64,000 nucleotides of DNA, from positions 2,895 through 66,894 of the forward strand of contig JAPLXG010000006.1 in NCBI GenBank assembly GCA_026396175.1. Direction: 5' to 3'. The notes below the pieces were generated by a model. It saw only the letters and a list, made by a program, of their open reading frames with translations. It did no database searches and was not told where the DNA came from. Of this stretch, positions 51,004 to 59,578 are shown one piece after another. Every line of letters begins with the position of its first letter. Positions within the stretch are counted from its first letter, which is position 1. Both the position numbers and the translations under genes were made by a program. Source of the stretch: Candidatus Moraniibacteriota bacterium. Lineage in GTDB: Bacteria > Patescibacteriota > Minisyncoccia > Moranbacterales > UBA2206.

Positions 51004-51036
51004 CAAATTGCATAAAATTGAAAGTCCGTTCGCGGG

Positions 51037-51076
51037 CTTGCCCGCCGTAGTCACGCTTCGGCGGGACGCAGGCGGG
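51037..51076 (+). mobile_element. 40-nt CTTG hairpin element whose end supplies the tRNA-Gly 5' end
   Basis: gcggg|cttgcccgcc...gcaggcggg|tgtcgtatag. Confidence 0.7.
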
Positions 51077-51143
51077 TGTCGTATAGTGGCTATTATATCA
51101 GCCTTCCAAGCTGAGGAGGGGGGTTCGATTCCCCCTACCCGCT
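51072..51143 (+). tRNA. tRNA-Gly(TCC)
   Basis: TCAGC-CTTCCAA-GCTGA anticodon arm. Confidence 0.94.
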
Positions 51144-51410
51144 CAGATAAAATAGAAGTCTCCCTAAAAAGGAGATTTTTATTTTTTGTGTAGATTATTG
51201 ATTCAGGGGAATCGAAGGGTATTTCAGAAAAGTGAACTTCTTCACTTTTCTGAAAACCCAGGCTCTGAGGGAGGAGCGAAGCCTGTGCCGTAGGCACGCG
51301 CGTAGCGACGGATGAAGAGGATTCCCCCTACCCGCTCCAAAAAACTCAAAAGCCCCGGGATATTTCTGGGGCTTTTGAGTTTAAGGGGAAATCGAAGGGT
51401 ATTTTTAAAA
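51127..51410 (+). repeat. tRNA-linked repeat with duplicated tRNA-Gly 3' end
   Basis: gattccccctacccgctc at 51127 and 51320; gggga(a)atcgaagggtattt twice; hairpins after each copy. Confidence 0.75.
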
Positions 51411-51501
51411 AGCAAGTTTGAACTGATAACTATGCTTGTTTGGGCAATAGCGGGTATTGTGATAAAATATAGAGCGTTGAGATAAAAGCTAGGATAAAAA
51501 G

Positions 51502-52191
51502 ATGCAGGAAAAAAATAAAATTAGAATTGAAATTATAATTGGGCTAATTGTGGCTATCGCAGTGAGCATAGGCTGGTCCGCTTGGTTTGGTACTAAAAAT
51601 CCCCAGACCGGTTTTCAACGCATCGCATCAATTGTGGGAGGCGGTAAATTAAAACCTGGGGTCACGCCGGAGATTATGTTTTTGGGAGATAGTATCACAG
51701 CGCGTGAAGACTGGAATGTTTTGTTTAAATCTTCGAATATCATGAATGCGGGCATTTCCGGAAATACGACGGACGATGTCATTGCCAGATTGGATTCGGT
51801 GCTCCAGGCTAAACCAAAAAAAATATTTTTAATGATAGGAATCAATGATTTATTGCGCGGAAAGAACATCCTTTATATTTTGGCAAATTACGGGACAATA
51901 TTAAATAAAATCAAATTAGACTCGCCCGGTGCGTTAGTATATATTCAAAGTGTATTGCCGATAAATAATGATATTTCAACCCAGGGGACAGTAGACGGTC
52001 AAAAAATTATCGCATTAAATAATCAGCTCAAAGCATTGGCTGATAAAAATGGAGAAATTTTTATTGAGTTATATCCCTATTTTTGCGGAGCTGATGCTAA
52101 ATTATATTTGAAATATACCAACGACGGGTTGCATCCCAATGCTTATGGATATATGCTTTGGAAAGATTTGATCGGACAGTATTTGAAATAA
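51502..52191 (+). CDS. SGNH/GDSL hydrolase
   Basis: FLGDSIT, NAGISG, MIGIND, DGLH. Confidence 0.92.
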   Translation: MQEKNKIRIEIIIGLIVAIAVSIGWSAWFGTKNPQTGFQRIASIVGGGKLKPGVTPEIMFLGDSITAREDWNVLFKSSNIMNAGISGNTTDDVIARLDSVLQAKPKKIFLMIGINDLLRGKNILYILANYGTILNKIKLDSPGALVYIQSVLPINNDISTQGTVDGQKIIALNNQLKALADKNGEIFIELYPYFCGADAKLYLKYTNDGLHPNAYGYMLWKDLIGQYLK

Positions 52192-52270
52192 TTTTAACTT
52201 AGCATTTTCTGGCGTAGTGAAATAACTAACGTGAATTAAGTGTGGTCGATAGCAGCCACGGAAAAGTTTT

Positions 52271-53359
52271 ATGGACATATCAAAAGCAATAAATCTCATG
52301 AGAATACCGATGGCATTTTGGGTGGTTTGGTTTCACTCATATATTTCCAATGTTCCAGAGCCGATGATGTATACTTTTAGTTTTTTAGTTTTTAATATTC
52401 GATCACTGCCAGCGATTTTTTTTAATGATGCAGCCTTTTTAGGAGTAATTGCCGTGAATATCTTCATTATCATTTCCGGCTTTGGACTAACCTATTCGCA
52501 TTACAGAAAAAAACCAATCTCAAATTATCGATACTTTAAAAAAAGATTTCAAAGAATCATGCCAATCTATTGGATCGCTTTGACTTTCGCAATCCTTTGG
52601 AACATTTATGTGTTTAATTATATTCCATCGTGGTTTTCTATTTTCACGCACATTCTGGGAATTCATGTATTTTTCCCCGCGACGCTTTACGACATCAATG
52701 GTTCTTTGTGGTTCGTGGGGTTGCTTATTCCGTTCTACATAACATTTCCAATTCTGATAAAGATATATGAATCAAAATATGGTTTTTGGAAGTTAATTAT
52801 CCTCGGCGTTCTGGCCAAGATTTTAATCGGACTATTTATTTATCCCAATTTCAGCAATCCTCCTAAGCTTTGGCTTGAATTTTTGGTGGATTTTGCTCTT
52901 GGTATGCATCTGGCGAAAAGATATGTTTTGGATGAAATAAAAACGATTCCCAATGCAATCGCGCTACCGGCAATTTTTCTGTCCATCTGCGCCGTTCTGG
53001 TTAGTCGCAATTCCTACATCGATCTTCATTCACTGCAAGATCCTTACTTGCACAGTGTATATGCCGTGATTATTCTTTTTGGAATGATCGGCCTATTTAA
53101 TCTTTTCCCAAGATTTTCGCAAAAAATTTCCGCTTCGAAAATTCATAAGCTTCTTCTCGCTACTGTTTTGGAAATATATCTTTTTCATTCTCCCCTGGTT
53201 GATTATGTGAAGTATGGTCAAGATATATTGCATGGTGATCCTGTCAGAACATTTTTTTTCGCACTGGGAATTTTCCTGGTCTTGGGATTTGGTATAGCGC
53301 TAATCCAGACGTGCTTCGCGTATGTTTATGGACAGATTACCAAAAGAAAAATAGCTTAG
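52271..53359 (+). CDS. acyltransferase 3 family membrane protein
   Basis: R......V...H, AVNIFIIISGF, KKRFQRIMP.Y, YLFH. Confidence 0.88.
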   Translation: MDISKAINLMRIPMAFWVVWFHSYISNVPEPMMYTFSFLVFNIRSLPAIFFNDAAFLGVIAVNIFIIISGFGLTYSHYRKKPISNYRYFKKRFQRIMPIYWIALTFAILWNIYVFNYIPSWFSIFTHILGIHVFFPATLYDINGSLWFVGLLIPFYITFPILIKIYESKYGFWKLIILGVLAKILIGLFIYPNFSNPPKLWLEFLVDFALGMHLAKRYVLDEIKTIPNAIALPAIFLSICAVLVSRNSYIDLHSLQDPYLHSVYAVIILFGMIGLFNLFPRFSQKISASKIHKLLLATVLEIYLFHSPLVDYVKYGQDILHGDPVRTFFFALGIFLVLGFGIALIQTCFAYVYGQITKRKIA

Positions 53360-53442
53360 TTTTGACCTTCCTCAAATTTGTGCTATGGTGGAAAAGCAAT
53401 GGGGGTGAATATCTCCAGACTAAGAAATTATCGCCAGGAGAT

Positions 53443-55437
53443 ATGAAAAAACGAACAGGTTGGTACTATTTGAAAGAGGTTATTTTGGGTGTCATTGGCG
53501 CTCTTTTTATGGTCTTGTTGGGAGCAGCTATTGCCACTTTTTTTGTCTATAAGAATCACACGCCGAGTGTGGCGGAGATTTCCAGTTACCGTCCGCCACA
53601 AACTTCTATTATTTATGATCGCACGGGAAAAATTGTGCTCTATAAGATCCACGGCGAAGAAAATCGCAAAGTGCTCGCGCATGATGAAATTCCGAATGTT
53701 GTGCGGATTGCGACCGTGGCGACGGAGGATAAAATTTTTTACAGCCATTTTGGAGTCGATTTCTTTTCCATTCTGCGCGCAATGAAAGTTAATGTCGAAA
53801 ATGGCGATATGTCTCAAGGCGGGTCCACGATAACCCAACAGCTGGCGCGTAACGTATATCTCAATCGCGAAAAAACTTTGCGGAGAAAAATTATGGAGAC
53901 ACTGATTGCTTTCAAGATTGAGAAAAATTTTACCAAAGATCAGATTCTAGATCGCTACCTCAATCAAGTGCCCTATGGGTCCAATGCTTATGGCATCGAA
54001 GCGGCGGCGGAAATATTTTTTGGGAAAAGCGCAAAAGAACTCACGCTCGATGAGGCAGTATTTTTAGCGGCACTGCCGAAAGCCCCGACTTATTATTCGC
54101 CATATGGGGATAACGCAGACAAACTGGTGGATCGTTATCAGGGCATTTTAGATCAAATGGCGCAGTTGAAATTGGCCTCGCCAGATGAAATTCAGTCGGC
54201 TAAAAAAATAAATATTTTAGCCAAAGTCCAGCCGTTTCGCGAACCGATCGTAGCGCCGCATTTTGTTTTCTACGTAACAGAACAACTGGAAGCAAAATAT
54301 GGACGAGACTTTTTGGAGCGCGGGGGACTGAAAATAATTACGACACTTGACTGCGGTTTACAAAAAATTGGAGAAAAAGTTGTGGCAGATGGAGGGGCAA
54401 GAAATGTCGGTTATGGCGCGAATAATGCGGCGCTTGTCGCAACGGATCCTAAAACGGGAGATGTTCTCGCGATGGTGGGCAGTCGGGATTTTTTCAACCC
54501 GGCAATTGATGGACAGGTCAATGTGGCAATTCGACTGCGTCAACCAGGGTCATCGTTCAAACCGATTGTCTATGCGACGGCATTTGAAAAAGGTTATCAG
54601 CCGGAAACCCTAATTGCCGATGAGCCGACTAATTTCGGTCCGGATGGTGGCGGAATCAGTTATATCCCCCAAAACTATGACGGAAAATTTCACGGCGTAC
54701 TTCCAATGCGAAAAACACTCGCGATGTCACTTAATATTCCAGCCATTAAAACGCTAGCACTGGTGGGAATAGATAGCGCGATTGACATGGCGCATCGTCT
54801 GGGAATCACAACACTAAATAATCGGAAGCGCTATGGTTTGTCGATGGCAATCGGTGGCGCGGAAGTAAAACTAATTGATATGGCGAGTGCTTTTGGGGTT
54901 TTTGCTACTGAAGGGAAAAGATTTCAAGCCCATTCTATCTTAGAAATCGTCGACAATAGCGGTCAGTCCTATTTTGACAAAACTCAAGGCGAACAGGTTA
55001 TTGATGTCCAAGTAGCACGGAAAATCAACTCTATTCTTTCTGATAATAATGCTCGTTCGGCAATTTTTGGACCAAATAGTCCACTCTATATTCCTGGCAG
55101 AACAGTCGCGGCGAAAACCGGAACATCCCAAGAATTCCGTGATGCTTGGACGGTTGGCTACACGCCATCAATCGCGGTGGGAGTTTGGGCGGGGAATAAT
55201 GATTCGCGTCCGATGCACGCAGGGTCAGATGGCGTATTTGTCGCCGCTCCAATATGGCGCAGCTTTATGGACGCTGTACTTTCGCGTTATCCCAACGAAG
55301 GTTTTGTGGGGTATCAAGCTGTGGCTGGTGATGAAAAAGTGGCCTTAAGTCAAGATCAGATTGATAAACTCACTCAAGATCAAAAAGACGCGGAGAAAGC
55401 GCAAAAGAAGGCGGATAAAAAGAAGAAGAAGCATTAG
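53443..55437 (+). CDS. class A penicillin-binding protein (PBP1A family)
   Basis: EDKIFY.HFG, GGSTITQQL, GSSFKP, SLN, KTG. Confidence 0.95.
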   Translation: MKKRTGWYYLKEVILGVIGALFMVLLGAAIATFFVYKNHTPSVAEISSYRPPQTSIIYDRTGKIVLYKIHGEENRKVLAHDEIPNVVRIATVATEDKIFYSHFGVDFFSILRAMKVNVENGDMSQGGSTITQQLARNVYLNREKTLRRKIMETLIAFKIEKNFTKDQILDRYLNQVPYGSNAYGIEAAAEIFFGKSAKELTLDEAVFLAALPKAPTYYSPYGDNADKLVDRYQGILDQMAQLKLASPDEIQSAKKINILAKVQPFREPIVAPHFVFYVTEQLEAKYGRDFLERGGLKIITTLDCGLQKIGEKVVADGGARNVGYGANNAALVATDPKTGDVLAMVGSRDFFNPAIDGQVNVAIRLRQPGSSFKPIVYATAFEKGYQPETLIADEPTNFGPDGGGISYIPQNYDGKFHGVLPMRKTLAMSLNIPAIKTLALVGIDSAIDMAHRLGITTLNNRKRYGLSMAIGGAEVKLIDMASAFGVFATEGKRFQAHSILEIVDNSGQSYFDKTQGEQVIDVQVARKINSILSDNNARSAIFGPNSPLYIPGRTVAAKTGTSQEFRDAWTVGYTPSIAVGVWAGNNDSRPMHAGSDGVFVAAPIWRSFMDAVLSRYPNEGFVGYQAVAGDEKVALSQDQIDKLTQDQKDAEKAQKKADKKKKKH

Positions 55438-55446
55438 AAAATTTAC

Positions 55447-55577
55447 GCAGGAGTGGGTTTGTAACCCGCTCCTCTTATTCTACTAGTCATAAAACAATAC
55501 GATGTTGCCATTTAAACGCTAACGACCAAGCAAATAGTGAGTAAAATGTGCGAAACGGGTTGCAAACCCGTTCCTGC
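55447..55577. repeat. REP-like doublet (GCAG + hairpin)
   Basis: gcaggagtgggtttgtaacccgctcc ... gaaacgggttgcaaacccgttcctgc; single related copy at 14760-14786. Confidence 0.7.
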
Positions 55578-55700
55578 TTTAATTTTTCTTAGCCCAAAGC
55601 CCTTAGCGGGCTTTTTTGATTTTCAGGGCTTATTTAAGCCGAAAGTGGCGAAATGACTAAAATCGAATGGCTTATTTGAGCCAAAATAGAGCTAGAACGC

Positions 55701-55729
55701 TTGACTTCTGGCTGGTTATTTGCTACACT
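55701..55729 (+). promoter_or_regulatory. sigma70-type promoter
   Basis: TTGACT-17 nt-TACACT upstream of a structured leader. Confidence 0.55.
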
Positions 55730-55889
55730 ATTTGGTCAATCTGAAAAGGGGTCCGAGCCCCCCACTAACCCAATTTTAGGGGTTAGCGTGGAAAATAAAT
55801 GGCCTAAAGAATGGCATATAACCTGGACAAGTCGAGTTTGGGTTAGAAGGGGCAAGCCTTGGTTGACGCTTAACAATTAAAGTTTATGT

Positions 55890-56441
55890 ATGCGTATTAG
55901 TACGAAATTGGCTGTACTTGCCGGTTTCTCTCTTGCTCTAAGTTTTGGGGTAATGACAGGAACAGCGAGCGCCGACGAGTCTAATCAAACAAAAATAAAC
56001 TTCAATATTGCCGAAAATTTACTCTCTCTGAGCCAAGCAGAAGTTTGCATGGCAGCAGAAATCACTCCTGACGCTCCGGCCGAAGAGGTGAAAAAAGAGG
56101 AAACTCCAACAATCGAAACTAAAAAAGTACTTAAAAATAGCAATCTTCCCGAAGGTAAATTTATCATCAATGCTTCAGCGTACACAGCTTCTGCTGATGA
56201 ATGTGGCAAGAGCGATGGAATTACCGCGTCAGGTGCGAAAGTTCGTGAAAACGAAACAATCGCTTGTCCCAAGAGCTTTGCTTTTGGAACAAAAGTGAAT
56301 ATCGAAGGTTACGGAACCTATATTTGTCAGGATCGCGGAGGTGCGATCAAGGGAAATAAGATCGATATCTATGTGAAAACAAAAACCGAAGCATTTGCTT
56401 TCGGTAGACGAAATTTAGTCGCTCAGATTGTGACTGAATAG
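55890..56441 (+). CDS. 3D-domain (MltA-like) secreted protein
   Basis: Signal peptide; ASAY, GITASG, DRGGAIKGNKIDIY. Confidence 0.92.
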   Translation: MRISTKLAVLAGFSLALSFGVMTGTASADESNQTKINFNIAENLLSLSQAEVCMAAEITPDAPAEEVKKEETPTIETKKVLKNSNLPEGKFIINASAYTASADECGKSDGITASGAKVRENETIACPKSFAFGTKVNIEGYGTYICQDRGGAIKGNKIDIYVKTKTEAFAFGRRNLVAQIVTE

Positions 56442-56542
56442 TCAAAAAGAGCACTCCGAGCAATCGGGGTGCTTTTTTGACTTTGATTGACTTTGCGACT
56501 CTAGCTTGGTAGTATTTATCTTGTAGTCGTTTATTGCAAATT

Positions 56543-56611
56543 GGTCCGGTGGCCGAGCAGTTAGGCAAGGGTCTGTCTGGCTACGCCAGATCTCGCGTAG
56601 CGAGACAAAAC
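56543..56611 (+). pseudogene. tRNA-Cys 5' half with a 30-nt double-hairpin insertion in the anticodon
   Basis: Near-copy of 56871-56909 with tctggctacgccagatctcgcgtagcgaga inserted (56576-56605). Confidence 0.82.
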
Positions 56612-56615
56612 TTCT

Positions 56616-56861
56616 ATGGAATATTTCACATATGTGCTAGTAAGCGCAAAAAATGGCGATTTATACGTTGGAAGCACAGCGAACATTGAAAAGCGGCTTG
56701 GCTTGCATAACAAAGGAAAAGTTAGATCTACGAAGCCGAATCGCCCGTGGAAGCTATTGGAAGCTCATTCTTTTAATATAAGGAGTGAAGCATTTAGGTA
56801 CGAGAAATTTTTAAAGACACACCAACAAAAAGAGTTGATAAAAGGGAGACATAATTTATAA
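56616..56861 (+). CDS. small GIY-YIG nuclease
   Basis: TYVL..LYVGST..RL..HN.G..ST..RPW..E. Confidence 0.93.
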   Translation: MEYFTYVLVSAKNGDLYVGSTANIEKRLGLHNKGKVRSTKPNRPWKLLEAHSFNIRSEAFRYEKFLKTHQQKELIKGRHNL

Positions 56862-56870
56862 TGGTAAAAT

Positions 56871-56941
56871 GGTCCGATGGCCGAGTGGTTAGGCAAGGGT
56901 CTGCAAAACCCTGTACGGCGGTTCAATTCCGCCTCGGACCT
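56871..56941 (+). tRNA. tRNA-Cys(GCA)
   Basis: CTGCAAA loop, U discriminator. Confidence 0.95.
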
Positions 56942-56953
56942 CAAATGTATTTT

Positions 56954-57036
56954 GGGCGAGTGGTGGAATGGTATACACTCAACACTTAAAATGTTGCGGA
57001 GCTTGCTCCATGAGGGTTCGAGTCCCTCCTCGCCCA
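56954..57036 (+). tRNA. tRNA-Leu(TAA)
   Basis: CTTAAAA loop, type II cloverleaf. Confidence 0.95.
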
Positions 57037-57075
57037 CAGTGAATTTAGTATCAAAAAAATCGCCGATGAGGCGAT

Positions 57076-57666
57076 TTAATTTTTCTCTTCTTGCCCAATT
57101 TTTTTTATTATTTTCGGAATCCGTTTGAAATCTTTGATGAGTGTTTCGCGCATTGAGCCATTGTAAAGCGCGGCGGCGGGATGGTAGAGTGTATAAAAAA
57201 CCTGGCGGCCTACGCCTTCGATTTCTCGGCGCATGGCCTTACCGTGAATTTCGGAAATTTTGAAACCAGGCAAAAACCTTTCCATCGAATGTCGGCCGAG
57301 TGTGACGATTAGCTTAGGCTTAATAATTTTAATTTGCTCCAAAAGCCATGGCCAACAAGTGGCGATTTCTTCCGGGAGTGGGTCGCGATTACTGGGTGGG
57401 CGACATTTGCAGACGTTGGCGATGTAAACTTCTTCGCGCTTGAGACTGATTATCCCAAGCATTTCATCTAGAAATTTTCCGGCCGCGCCGACAAAAGGCA
57501 CGCCGGTTGCGTCTTCTTTTTGTCCCGGCGCTTCACCAATAAAAAGAATTTTAGCGTCCTCTGAGCCTGCGCCGGGGACGACTTGGGTGCAACCTTTGCG
57601 CAGAGCGCATTTGGTGCAGGCGAGCATTTCGGCGTTTAGTTTTTCGAGGTGGGATTGGTTAGACAT
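57076..57666 (-). CDS. family 4 uracil-DNA glycosylase
   Basis: CxxC, GEAPG, FVG.AG, KCRPP.NR.P, YHPAA. Confidence 0.95.
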   Translation of the reverse strand: MSNQSHLEKLNAEMLACTKCALRKGCTQVVPGAGSEDAKILFIGEAPGQKEDATGVPFVGAAGKFLDEMLGIISLKREEVYIANVCKCRPPSNRDPLPEEIATCWPWLLEQIKIIKPKLIVTLGRHSMERFLPGFKISEIHGKAMRREIEGVGRQVFYTLYHPAAALYNGSMRETLIKDFKRIPKIIKKIGQEEKN

Positions 57667-57785
57667 CGGTTTAATTTCTAATTTTCAATTTCTAATTTCT
57701 AAACAATTTTCAATGAAATAATTTCTAAATTTTGAAAATTGTAACATTGGAAATTGTTTGAAAATTGAAAATTGTGAATTGAAAA

Positions 57786-58289
57786 TTATTTCAGATCGTG
57801 TACTCTGATTAATTTAAAACCATCATTCTTCGTATTCCATACCGCAAAAGTCGGAGGATAGATTTCCCCGGCGACGTTGCCAGGATTGAGCATTTTGCAA
57901 TTGCCAATTATTTCCTCCCAAGGCTTGTGCGTGTGGCCATAAAAAACAAAAGCATATTTTCCCGTTTCCGCTAATTTTCTCGCTTCTCGAGGAAAATGGA
58001 CGAAGGCAATAAGCTTTCCATCAATCTTAGTCTCGCCAAAATTTTTGAATAAAAAAGTATTGCGATATTTTTCAACCGAATCAAGCTCGCGCAGTTCCGT
58101 GTAATCAGCATTGCCGAAAGTGTAATAAATAACGCCTGCAAAATTATCGTTCATGAGATCCAGAACCTCTCTTGATGCGAGATCGCCACAGCAAATAAGC
58201 GTGGTGATTTTTTGTTCGGCGCAATAACGCAAAACTTTATCCAAATTGACTTCGTTGTTGTGAATGTCTGAGGTGATGGCGATTTGCAT
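57786..58289 (-). CDS. YfcE-like metallophosphoesterase
   Basis: SDIH.N, CGD, GNAD, GHTH, NPG. Confidence 0.92.
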   Translation of the reverse strand: MQIAITSDIHNNEVNLDKVLRYCAEQKITTLICCGDLASREVLDLMNDNFAGVIYYTFGNADYTELRELDSVEKYRNTFLFKNFGETKIDGKLIAFVHFPREARKLAETGKYAFVFYGHTHKPWEEIIGNCKMLNPGNVAGEIYPPTFAVWNTKNDGFKLIRVHDLK

Positions 58290-58293
58290 ATGT

Positions 58294-59040
58294 TTATTTT
58301 CTATTATCCAACATTTTCCAGTTAAGTTCAAAGATGGTTTTTAGGGTGGTGTAAATCTTTTCGCTTTCAATGATAAGACCTAGACCTTCTTTGAAGGACA
58401 TAATGCCGATTTTTCTTTTGCCGTAGAGGTTTATCTCGACCTCTAGAAATAATCCAGTTGAATCATATAGGCGAGTTTCACGCAAATATTTCTTGTCCTC
58501 AGCTTGAATTTTCTGGACAACGCCGAGATTTTGTCCGATAGCACGCATCCAAATTTTTTTCTCAATTCTTTTTTTGAGATAATAATCCCACATATAGCCT
58601 TCGTCGAAATATTTGAAAACATCAGTTGTGCCCCACATCAGGATTTCTTGGTTGGGGTAATTCAAGGTGTCTTGGTAGACATTTTTAATTCCCTCGCTAC
58701 CTTCAAAATACTTCACATCCGGTTTTTTGTCGATTCCGCTGGCCATTGAGAGCAGTTGTGGAAGAATTCCTTCAAGCACGGTTTTCTTTTCTTCCAGCTG
58801 ACTTTCGAGTATTCTGGGATCTTCAGCATAATAGAGCGTGCGTTTTTTTCTTTTAGTTGTTCCAATGAGACCTTTAGCTTTCAACGATTCAATTACATCA
58901 TAAACAGTGGTGCGTTTGATCTTGGATTTGCGGGAAATCTGTTCCACTGTTGTTTCGCCCAACTCCAAAAGCTCGACATAAACATCAGCTTCACGCTCTG
59001 AGAGGTTAAGTTTTTCCAATTGTTTTTTTAGAATAGCCAT
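58294..59040 (-). CDS. TrmB-family HTH transcriptional regulator
   Basis: LNLSEREADVY..L..G, KRTTVY, YFEG.EG; paralog of 21292-22038. Confidence 0.9.
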   Translation of the reverse strand: MAILKKQLEKLNLSEREADVYVELLELGETTVEQISRKSKIKRTTVYDVIESLKAKGLIGTTKRKKRTLYYAEDPRILESQLEEKKTVLEGILPQLLSMASGIDKKPDVKYFEGSEGIKNVYQDTLNYPNQEILMWGTTDVFKYFDEGYMWDYYLKKRIEKKIWMRAIGQNLGVVQKIQAEDKKYLRETRLYDSTGLFLEVEINLYGKRKIGIMSFKEGLGLIIESEKIYTTLKTIFELNWKMLDNRK

Positions 59041-59276
59041 AATAAATAAAAGATAGTTTGTCGACAAAAGGGTCGTTTTGATTAGACTAGCATAGCGTTT
59101 AAATTTTGTCTATACATAGGCCTAAAATAGTTTCATGGATGGTTAATCGGTGTATTTTAGAAAAATATGACATAAAAATATTTAAATAGTATAGTCTGTA
59201 GTTTCACAGATATGGAAGGTTGTTTAACAATTTGATGAACTAAAATGCGCTTAGTGGCGCGAAAGAGAGGTGACGT

Positions 59277-59519
59277 ATGGGCATAAGGGTAAGAGGTAAA
59301 AAAAGACTGGTTGTTTTTAGAAAAATGCTCCGTCGGATTTGTACGCTTGAAAAGCAAATTCTTGCCTCAGCCCCATCTGACAGTTGGGATATTGGCGAGA
59401 GCAGCTTGTCTGATAAAATTCGACAAATGGAAAAGGCAGTTCTGGCGGAAAATCGCTGGGACACTTGGCATGTCGGTGGGGTGCGGGAACATCTTGTTCT
59501 GCCAGCAAGAGGGAAATAA
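59277..59519 (+). CDS. hypothetical protein
   Basis: RBS GAGGTG. Confidence 0.5.
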   Translation: MGIRVRGKKRLVVFRKMLRRICTLEKQILASAPSDSWDIGESSLSDKIRQMEKAVLAENRWDTWHVGGVREHLVLPARGK

Positions 59520-59578
59520 TTTCTCTAAAATGAGGCTGTCGGCAAATGTCGGTGGCCTCAAATATTTAAGGAGGGAAG

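Noticed and set aside
50423-51297. ORFs of 64-116 aa in the ORF track
   Set aside because: They overlap tRNAs and the group I intron; no homing-endonuclease motif is present
55734-55889. c-di-AMP (ydaO) riboswitch or 6S RNA call
   Set aside because: Consensus elements could not be matched by eye; kept only as an unassigned structured leader
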